NCBI GenBank assembly: GCA_030691545.1
Contig: JAUYEE010000291.1
Coordinates: 147 to 64,146, forward strand
Length of the DNA: 64,000 nt
Direction: 5' to 3'
From: a bacterium
GTDB taxonomy: Bacteria > Auribacterota > JABMQX01
Below the pieces are notes generated by a model. The model worked only from the letters and a program-made list of their open reading frames with translations, did not search any database and was not told the origin of the DNA. Both the position numbers and the translations under genes were made by a program. Of this stretch, positions 42,105 to 49,451 are shown piece after piece. Position 1 is the first letter of the stretch, and each line of letters begins with the position of its first letter.

Positions 42105-43058
42105 TCATACGTCGCACAAGGCGACGGCTTGCGTCAGACCTTCGAGAGGCTCTCGCGTCGGAATGAATTCGTGCCCGACGTAGCCCTTGTAGCCGATGCC
42201 CACAAGAGCGCCCATGACCGCGGAGAAGTTAATCTCCTGATTCTGATCGAGCTCGCCTCTGCCCGGATTGCCCGCGACGTGAACGTGCCCGATATACTCG
42301 CCGCAGTCCTTGACTCGCCGGATCAAGTCGCCGTCCATAATCTGAACGTGGTAAACGTCGAAGAGGAGTTTCATGTTCGGCGAGCCGACCTTCTTGATGA
42401 TGCCCATGCAGTAATCCACATGGTCGCCCTGGTAACCGGGATGGCCCTTCATGGGGTGCGTGGCGTCGCGCGTATTGAGCTGCTCGAGACAGAGATTGAC
42501 TTTCTTCTTCTCGGCGAAGCCAACGATTTTCTTGTATCCCTCAATGCAGTTCTTCGCACCCTGTTCGGGGTCCACTTTGCTCCCTTTTTCCTCGCCAGAG
42601 GTGTCGCCATAGCCGGTGAACGTGATAACGTTGCCGAAGCCCGCCACGGAGGCGGCGTCAATTGCTTTCTCGAGTTCGCTGAGACACTCGTCCCAGTGGA
42701 GCGGATTGTTCGTTCCCCGCACGAACGAGTGCGAAGAGACGATGGCGCAGGTCAATCCGTATTCCTTGAGTGTGCGCCAGCTCTCGGGGGGTACCAGCTC
42801 GATGCTCTTGCAACCGAGTCTCTTCGCGACCTGACAGAATTGCTCCATGTTCCAGTGCGGCTCGAAGCACCAGTGCGCAATGGACTGATTGATTCGGCTG
42901 CGCCTCGCCACGGGCTGTTGTTCCTTTTCCTCCGCGGCGTAGGCGTATCTGCCTCGCGGGACGAGCGTCATTGCCGCGGCCCCTGCCATGCTCGCAAACA
43001 TCTCACGCCGGCTAACCCGACGCCCTCTGGGAGAAATCCGTTTGTTCTGGACGTTCAT
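42105..43058 (-). CDS. Tat-exported hydroxypyruvate isomerase-family TIM barrel protein
   Basis: Tat motif 'SRREMF', 'CLEQLN', 'LLFDVYHVQIMDGD', 'HVHVAGNPGRGE', 'GHEF'. AGGAG RBS. Confidence 0.9.
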   Translation of the reverse strand: MNVQNKRISPRGRRVSRREMFASMAGAAAMTLVPRGRYAYAAEEKEQQPVARRSRINQSIAHWCFEPHWNMEQFCQVAKRLGCKSIELVPPESWRTLKEYGLTCAIVSSHSFVRGTNNPLHWDECLSELEKAIDAASVAGFGNVITFTGYGDTSGEEKGSKVDPEQGAKNCIEGYKKIVGFAEKKKVNLCLEQLNTRDATHPMKGHPGYQGDHVDYCMGIIKKVGSPNMKLLFDVYHVQIMDGDLIRRVKDCGEYIGHVHVAGNPGRGELDQNQEINFSAVMGALVGIGYKGYVGHEFIPTREPLEGLTQAVALCDV

Positions 43059-43504
43059 GTTTGGTCTCCTGGGCTTGAACTTGCCTTTCCTTGTCCGAGT
43101 GGGACGCTGGTGCGGCAAACCTCTCGGTGCCGCGCCGGCGGCGCGGCAAATCGCCCCCTGCGGCGAGACTATTGGCTCGCTAAGAGGCTACTGCCTGCCC
43201 GAGGCGGTTCATGCCTGATCTCCGCGCATCGTTTTGACATATCATTTCACATGTTGGCGGAAAGCTCAAGCTCTATTGCCCTCATCGTACGGAACGCCGG
43301 GTGTGGCTCCGCTTCAGTGGCACTGGCCGGCCGCCCGTCACCGTCGGCAATGGCCGTGCTGCTTGGATTGACCCTCTATGACGCCCTTACCCTGGCCGTT
43401 CGGGCGGACGCCGTCCAGAAGCGCGCACAGTCCGGTGAGCCGGTTCCGACGCATGTGCGCGAACGCGGGCAGGCAGGGCTTTTGGAGGTTGGGCGGGACG
43501 GCAT

Positions 43505-43689
43505 TCCCAGGGCGTTGCCCTGGGCTAAGGTGTTTCGCCCCGTTGGGGCTTGGCATCTTCTCTTGGACGGAGCCCTGAAAGGGCGCCATATTATAGCCCA
43601 GAGCAACGCCCTGGGTCCCGGCCAAATCGAATCATCTAAGCCCTGAAGGGGCGCAATAAGCCATCCCACTATAATAGAGCCACATCCGA
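43505..43689 (+). repeat. Largest copy of the palindromic element (paired units plus tail)
   Basis: CCCAGGGCGTTGCCCTGGGCT, GCCCCGTTGGGGC, GCCCTGAAAGGGC, CCCAGAGCAACGCCCTGGG and GCCCTGAAGGGGC, then tail ACTATAATAGAGCCACATCCGA. Confidence 0.8.
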
Positions 43690-43696
43690 ATCCCCC

Positions 43697-43725
43697 TCGA
43701 CTTCGCCTCAATTCCGTGGTAAGAT
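43697..43725 (+). promoter_or_regulatory. Possible sigma70-type promoter for the CotH-like gene
   Basis: TCGACT, 17 nt, TGn-TAAGAT. Confidence 0.45.
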
Positions 43726-43959
43726 GAAGAATAGCATTGCCTGCCCGTTGAGGTCGAAGAGCAGAGGGCCCCCTTACGGTGGCCTGGCCCCCAACGCAGC
43801 TTCGGGCGACCCAGCGGCCAGGGAGATGCCTTCCCGCTGGGCCGGTGTCAGAACGGAAAGTGCCGGCCTTTGTCTTTCGGCTCTCGCTCTTCAAAGGAGC
43901 GAGGGCACGGCACATACGGTTTCCTCGAACAACTCTTCAAAAAAGAAAGTCGAGACGAG

Positions 43960-46900
43960 ATGAGACAGTTTCGAGCGAGCGGTTTGTTGCTTTCTCTCGC
44001 GATTCTCGCATTCTGTTTATCAGACGCGTCAGCGGCAGTGGTGATCAATGAAATCATGTACAACCCGGATGCCCTTCAGGGGACGGACAATGACTACGAA
44101 TGGGTCGAGCTTTACAACACCGGCCCCTCGAATGTGAACTTGAGCGGGTGGAAACTGTGGGACACCAATCCAGCAAATGACCCCTTCATCGTCCCGAATA
44201 ATACCTATCTTGATGCAGGGGAGTATCTTGTCATTTGCAGCAACCTCGGCTTCATCTATTTCACCTACCACATCACCAACGCGATCGGGAACTTCGGCGA
44301 CAAATTCGGCCTGGGCAACGGCGACGATACCGTGGTTCTCCTCAACGCCTCCGGAAGTGAGATAGACCGAGTGATGTACAACGACGCCTATCCCTGGCCC
44401 TTTCAGCCGGACGGCGGGGGTCCCTCCCTCGAACGCATCAATCCTCTCGGTCCGAGCAATGACCCGCACAACTGGGCCCCGAGCGTTCCCGTGACCGACT
44501 ATGGCACACCGGGCCGCCAGAATTCGCTCTTCTCGGACGGCACGACGTTCCCCGTAGTGATCACCGAGATACACTACCACCCGGCGTCCGCCAGCGAGGA
44601 AGATGAATACGTCGAGCTGTACAACACATCCGCTTCTCCGGTAGCTCTCGGCGGGTGGGAATTCACAAACGGACTGTCGTTCACCTTTGCTTCCGGCACG
44701 ACGCTCGGTCCCTTCGAGTACCTCGCCGTGTGCAAAAACAAGGAACGAGCCCACACGATTTTCGGGATCGAGAACGTTGTCGGGGATTTTGAGCTGGACT
44801 CTTCGCTGAGTAACGGCGGCGAGACCATTGTGCTGAGGGATAACACCGGACGCGTGATGAATTTCGTTCCTTTCACCGATGAAGCGTACTGGCCGGTCGC
44901 AGCAGACGGCTACGGGCCTTCCCTGGAATGCATCAATCCGGCGATGCCCAATCACGACCCCGCCAACTGGCTTGCGGGGCAGGTCACGCGGAAATGGGTT
45001 CACTTCGAGACAATCCCCACTTTCCCGACCGGGGAGGTTCTCTATTTCTACCTGAATGCGGCAGGGGAAGCGCTGTTGGATGACGTTGCGCTTTTGCCCG
45101 AAGGGGGCGGAGAAAACCTTATCGCGAACGGGGGCTTCGAGACGGGCGACGCAGGATGGGAGCGGCTCGGAAACCATTCCACTTCTGCGCGGGTGCAGAC
45201 CGACGCTCATTCCGGAGCGGCCGCAATGAAAATCGTCGCCACAGGCGATGGCGGGGGCGGGGACTGGCGGAACTATGTCGGGCTTCGGCTTGACGGGCTT
45301 TCGCCAGGCACACGTTACGTGCTTTCTTTCTGGGCGAAGCCTCTTAGTGGCGAGGCGATACTGGTGGCAAGGATCGCGAACGGTCGCAGCACGGAGGGTG
45401 TTTACATTGCCGCGGACCTCGCCGATGGTGGACTCGTCTCCTCCCCGGGGAGGCAGAACGTAGCCTATTCCCAGAACACTCCGCCCTTCATTTATCACGT
45501 TCGCCACACTTTGTACGCACCGGACCCAGGAAGTCCTTCTCTCCTCGCCGCAAAGGTAACCGCCCGCGTCGTGGACCTCCGCCCCGACGGCAAGCTTTCT
45601 TCCGAATCCATCTCGTCGGTGACAGTCGAATATCAGGTTGATGATGTCTCGTCCTCGGCCGAGATGTACGACGACGGAGCCCACGACGACGGCCTTGCCG
45701 GGGATGGCGAGTTCGGTGCGGAGATTCCCGTCCAGCCGTGCTTCACGATAGTGCGATACCGGATCGTGGCGTGGGACAGCCAGGGCGCGATGAGCGTCTC
45801 TCCCGGCGCCGCCGACATGAACTCCACCCACGCTTATTTTCCCGTTACCGCCGCTTGTTACAGCCCTCCGATTGTCCCGGCGATTCCCGTTTACACGCTC
45901 TTAGTGAGCGAAGAGAACCTCTGCAAGCTGGAGGAACTGGGTTCCCGGGACGATTACGTGCCCGGGACCTTCATTCTTGACGGATACGTCTATGAGAACG
46001 TGGGCGTGCGGTGGTACGGGACATTTTCCGAACGCATCGCCACGAAGAAGAAGAGCTGGAGGATCAAGTTCAATGCATGGGAGAGACTGAACGGCCGTGA
46101 TTCCCTCATTCTGCTGGGCGGGGACAATCCCGATGTGAGCCTTCGCGGAGCCGTGGGGCTGCGGGAGACTCTCACCCAGAGAGTCTTCCGTTTCGGGGGG
46201 TGCGCGTACAGCGAGACCCAGCACGTTCGCCTCGAGTTGAACGGGTCCTACTACGGCCTGATGCTCCAGGTCGAGCGACCCGATGAAGATTACCTCGAGC
46301 GAAACAATCGCGACAGAGGGGGCGACCTCTTCCAGGCGAGAAGTCTTCCCGGTCAGCCTCCCAGCAACATGAGCGTCCTCTCCGGCTACGATGATTACGC
46401 ATTCGCCTATGACAGAAAGACCAACCGGCTTCAGCCTTACGACGGATTGGTCTCCTTGATCGAAGGAGTACAGGCTCTGGACGGCGCCCCCGAAACAGAA
46501 GTTGAACAGTTCTTCAACGCGAATCTGGACGTGCAGCGGTACGCCAGCTATTTGGCGGGCGTGGCGCTCACGCAGAACTGGGTGAGTCCCTCGCGCGACT
46601 ACTATTTGTTTTATGGCAAGAACCCTCCCACCGGCGAGGATTACCTCTGGGAAGTCACCCCGTGGGGAGGGGAGCGCGACTGGGGACGACCGAGCCTGCC
46701 GGTTCTGAACGGCATCGTCGGGGAGAACGCATACTCGGTTCCCGACACGATGCGCACTCGTTTTCTGAACACGCCTGAGCTTCTGAACACGTTCGCGGAT
46801 CGCCTTCGGTTTCTCCTCGATACCACATGGACAGAAGCGCACCTCTTCTCCATTCTGGACGTCATTCAGGCGCGAATCGGGGCCTCGGCGGAATACGACC

Positions 46901-48570
46901 GGACTCGTTGGTGGCCCCGCCTGGGCGGGGTTTCCTTCGCTTCCCATATCGCGGCTCTGAAGGCGAACCTCGTTGCCCGGCGGGAGTTCTTGTACCGCTG
47001 GCTCGACGGCATCGAAGGACCGGCGCAGCCGGTGAACGTTTCTCCGCCGCAGGGCAGTCCCGCCAGAGGCGGGATCACATGGCCGGTGACCCTCGTTGCG
47101 AGCGAGTTCTCCAGTGGCACGGGCGGAGGTGGCACGGGCTTCCAGCCCGTGAATCATGGGCAAGATGCCCATGCCACAACCAGCAGTATCCATGAGGCGA
47201 GCCAGTGGCAACTTCGCGAGGACGATGGCGTTTACGACCCGCCTCTGTGGGACTCCGGCGAGGAATTCCTGAACAAGACCTCCATTGCGGTCGGTGAACC
47301 CCCGGGGCCGACGGAAGGGCGCTTTTTCTGGCGAGTCCGATACAAGGACGACCAGGGCCGCTGGAGCCTCTGGTCGGATGAAACGTTTTTTGTGGCCGAA
47401 CAGGATACCACGCCTCCGGGGATCGTCGCAGTGCAGCTCTCTCCGGAGGCGGATGATGTGCTCCAGGTGATTTTCGGCGAGCCTGTGGAATCCAGCTCCG
47501 CCGAGACGACCTCGAACTATCGAATAAACGGCGTGGACCTGCCTCTGACGGCGTCTCTTTCGGCAGACGGCTTGGTCGTGACGCTGACCCCGCGTGGCGG
47601 GGGTTCGTCGCTAAACTGGCTCAGCGTCAGCAACATCTCCGATAGGGCGCCTTCGCCCAACGTCATTCCGCCCGACACCCGGGCAGCTATCGAGCACCCT
47701 TCCGCCGAGGAAACGAAAATCAACTTCCAGCCGAGTGGAGAGCCAATCCCCGCCGGATACTTCAAGGATTCCGGCGAAACCTTCAGCGTGGAGAGAGGCT
47801 ATGGCTGGGCAAGCGACATTTCAGACCTCGCCGCGGTGAGAAAGCTTGTCGCCGACCCGCGACTCGATACGCTCGTCCAGTTTGGCGGAGAGGGGTCTTC
47901 TTGGGAGCTAACGCTTCCTTCCCCGGCAAGATACAGGATCACCGTGTCGCTCGGGGATGCTGCCTCGGAATCCGCCTACGACCTCTCCGTCGAAGGCGCA
48001 TGGTCTGTGGCTGGGATGTACCTGCCCGCCGGGCAGTTCCACGTGCTGACAGAAGAGGTGGACCTCTCCGACGGCCTCCTCACCCTCTACGGCGGGGACA
48101 CCTACAAAGGCACCCGCATCAACTATCTCCATGTTCTCCCGATTCACCTTGACGCGGATGCCGATTTGATTGATGACGTTTGGGAGACGACGTATTTTGG
48201 CTCCGTGGAGGCATGCGATCCGGATGCGGACACTGACGGCGACGGCCAGTCCAACTACGCCGAATATCTTGCCGGGACAAATCCGCTGGTATTCTTGTTC
48301 AAGGTGAATCGCGTAACTCGCAACATCTCCAATCCCGATTGGCTGGACGTGACCTGGACGTATTCTCCCCTCAGCGAGGGCTATGTCGTCGAGTGGAGCG
48401 ACAATCCCACATCGTGGAACACCTTTACGCCCGCTCCCGCCGACCTTGTCGTTGACCCGGGCAAGGGAACCGTGGTGTGGACCGACAAGGGAACGGCGCC
48501 GGGTATGGGTGGGCTTCCTCCCGGACAAGTCAACAAGCGATTCTACAGGGTCAAAACCGTTCAACCCTGA
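43960..48570 (+). CDS. Large secreted protein: two lamin-tail domains, CBM-like domain, CotH-kinase-like domain, Ig-like domains, C-terminal RFYR domain
   Basis: Signal peptide. Lamin-tail motifs 'VVINEIMYNP...EWVELYN' and 'VVITEIHYHP...EYVELYN'. 'MYDDGAHDDGLAGDG'. CotH-like 'GVRWYG...KKSWRIKFN'. Confidence 0.88.
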   Translation: MRQFRASGLLLSLAILAFCLSDASAAVVINEIMYNPDALQGTDNDYEWVELYNTGPSNVNLSGWKLWDTNPANDPFIVPNNTYLDAGEYLVICSNLGFIYFTYHITNAIGNFGDKFGLGNGDDTVVLLNASGSEIDRVMYNDAYPWPFQPDGGGPSLERINPLGPSNDPHNWAPSVPVTDYGTPGRQNSLFSDGTTFPVVITEIHYHPASASEEDEYVELYNTSASPVALGGWEFTNGLSFTFASGTTLGPFEYLAVCKNKERAHTIFGIENVVGDFELDSSLSNGGETIVLRDNTGRVMNFVPFTDEAYWPVAADGYGPSLECINPAMPNHDPANWLAGQVTRKWVHFETIPTFPTGEVLYFYLNAAGEALLDDVALLPEGGGENLIANGGFETGDAGWERLGNHSTSARVQTDAHSGAAAMKIVATGDGGGGDWRNYVGLRLDGLSPGTRYVLSFWAKPLSGEAILVARIANGRSTEGVYIAADLADGGLVSSPGRQNVAYSQNTPPFIYHVRHTLYAPDPGSPSLLAAKVTARVVDLRPDGKLSSESISSVTVEYQVDDVSSSAEMYDDGAHDDGLAGDGEFGAEIPVQPCFTIVRYRIVAWDSQGAMSVSPGAADMNSTHAYFPVTAACYSPPIVPAIPVYTLLVSEENLCKLEELGSRDDYVPGTFILDGYVYENVGVRWYGTFSERIATKKKSWRIKFNAWERLNGRDSLILLGGDNPDVSLRGAVGLRETLTQRVFRFGGCAYSETQHVRLELNGSYYGLMLQVERPDEDYLERNNRDRGGDLFQARSLPGQPPSNMSVLSGYDDYAFAYDRKTNRLQPYDGLVSLIEGVQALDGAPETEVEQFFNANLDVQRYASYLAGVALTQNWVSPSRDYYLFYGKNPPTGEDYLWEVTPWGGERDWGRPSLPVLNGIVGENAYSVPDTMRTRFLNTPELLNTFADRLRFLLDTTWTEAHLFSILDVIQARIGASAEYDRTRWWPRLGGVSFASHIAALKANLVARREFLYRWLDGIEGPAQPVNVSPPQGSPARGGITWPVTLVASEFSSGTGGGGTGFQPVNHGQDAHATTSSIHEASQWQLREDDGVYDPPLWDSGEEFLNKTSIAVGEPPGPTEGRFFWRVRYKDDQGRWSLWSDETFFVAEQDTTPPGIVAVQLSPEADDVLQVIFGEPVESSSAETTSNYRINGVDLPLTASLSADGLVVTLTPRGGGSSLNWLSVSNISDRAPSPNVIPPDTRAAIEHPSAEETKINFQPSGEPIPAGYFKDSGETFSVERGYGWASDISDLAAVRKLVADPRLDTLVQFGGEGSSWELTLPSPARYRITVSLGDAASESAYDLSVEGAWSVAGMYLPAGQFHVLTEEVDLSDGLLTLYGGDTYKGTRINYLHVLPIHLDADADLIDDVWETTYFGSVEACDPDADTDGDGQSNYAEYLAGTNPLVFLFKVNRVTRNISNPDWLDVTWTYSPLSEGYVVEWSDNPTSWNTFTPAPADLVVDPGKGTVVWTDKGTAPGMGGLPPGQVNKRFYRVKTVQP
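47129..47177. repeat. Palindromic repeat inserted in frame within CDS
   Basis: GTGGCACGGGCTTCCAGCCCGTG-aat-CATGGGCAAGATGCCCATGCCAC: two hairpins with outer GTGGCA/TGCCAC, encoding GTGFQPVNHGQDAHAT. Confidence 0.85.
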
Positions 48571-48600
48571 CCCCTGACCCCCAACCCCTAACCCCTGCCC
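48564..48600 (+). repeat. Heptamer tandem repeat ([TC][GA]ACCCC-like)
   Basis: ACCCTGA CCCCTGA CCCCCAA CCCCTAA CCCCTGC at the junction of convergent genes. Confidence 0.7.
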
Positions 48601-49082
48601 GCCCCGGCAGCGAGTCTATTGGCAAGCTGTACGGTTCTTCTGCCGAGCTCGCGGCACTGTTTTTTGACTCGCTCGTCCGGGGCTCCGATAGACACGGGCC
48701 CGTAGTGGTCGCCGGCGGGATTCCCCTGGATGACCATTCCATGAATCAGCATCGCGTTGAGCATGTCGAGGATGGTGGTCTCGTTTCCGCCGCCGATGTT
48801 TGCCGAGGACGCGAACGCAGCCCCGACCTTTCCATCCAACTTCCCATGGAACTCGACGCTCTCGTCGAGAAGATTTTTCATCTCCGCGGCCATGGAACCG
48901 TAGTACACGGGCGAACCGAGGATGATGGCCTCATAGTCGAGGAGTTCCTCCGCATTGGCGTTCTCCACCTCTTTGAGTGTGACGTTGCCTCCGGCGGCTT
49001 TGGCGCCGTCTGCGACGAACTCGGCCATTCGGCGGGTATTCCCCGTCCGGGAGTAATACAGGACCAGAACCTTGCTCGCCAT
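48588..49082 (-). CDS. Flavodoxin / WrbA-like NAD(P)H-dependent oxidoreductase
   Basis: 'YYSRTGNTRRMA', 'GSPVYYG', 'GKVGAAFASS...GGGNET'. GGAGG RBS before ATG 49082. Confidence 0.9.
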   Translation of the reverse strand: MASKVLVLYYSRTGNTRRMAEFVADGAKAAGGNVTLKEVENANAEELLDYEAIILGSPVYYGSMAAEMKNLLDESVEFHGKLDGKVGAAFASSANIGGGNETTILDMLNAMLIHGMVIQGNPAGDHYGPVSIGAPDERVKKQCRELGRRTVQLANRLAAGAGRG

Positions 49083-49166
49083 AATCTCCCTCCTCTCTAT
49101 GAATATCGGTTGAAGGTCTCTGAAGCGACGCGATCCGTCTTTGGATACGATTATCCGCAACGGCGA

Positions 49167-49195
49167 TTGACTTGGCAAGTGCGGGACGCTATAAT
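49167..49195 (+). promoter_or_regulatory. Sigma70-type promoter
   Basis: TTGACT (49167-49172), 17 nt, TATAAT (49190-49195). Confidence 0.75.
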
Positions 49196-49336
49196 CCTCA
49201 AAAATTGGTCCGAGGGACCTGTGGTGTCCGGTCCGCGTTGAAGCGGCGGAAAGGGCCCGGCGTTCCTCTGACCCGCGGTTACACCAGGGGAGGCCGCCTA
49301 CCGCATTTTTTCATCCCCAATGGAGAACAAATCGCA

Positions 49337-49426
49337 ATGCCCTGTGGTCGAAAAACAAGAAAAGCCAAGATCAACAAGCACAAAAGAAAAAAACGCCTCA
49401 GAAGGGACAGGCACAAGAAGAAGTAA
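49337..49426 (+). CDS. 29-aa basic peptide, AURKAIP1/COX24 (bS22/mS38-like) small ribosomal protein family
   Basis: MPCGRKTRKAKINKHKRKKRLRRDRHKKK. GGAG RBS. Confidence 0.85.
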   Translation: MPCGRKTRKAKINKHKRKKRLRRDRHKKK

Positions 49427-49451
49427 TCTGTCCCGATAGGGAAATTACGTC

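Noticed and set aside
43110..43205. GGCAAA-stem-GAC pattern reminiscent of a c-di-GMP-I riboswitch
   Set aside because: It lacks the GNRA loop and the GCAAAGC junction. The nearest same-strand gene is far away, behind repeats.
43505..43660. Palindromic repeats as a CRISPR array
   Set aside because: The units are inverted and irregularly spaced, there are no unique spacers of constant length, and no cas genes are present.
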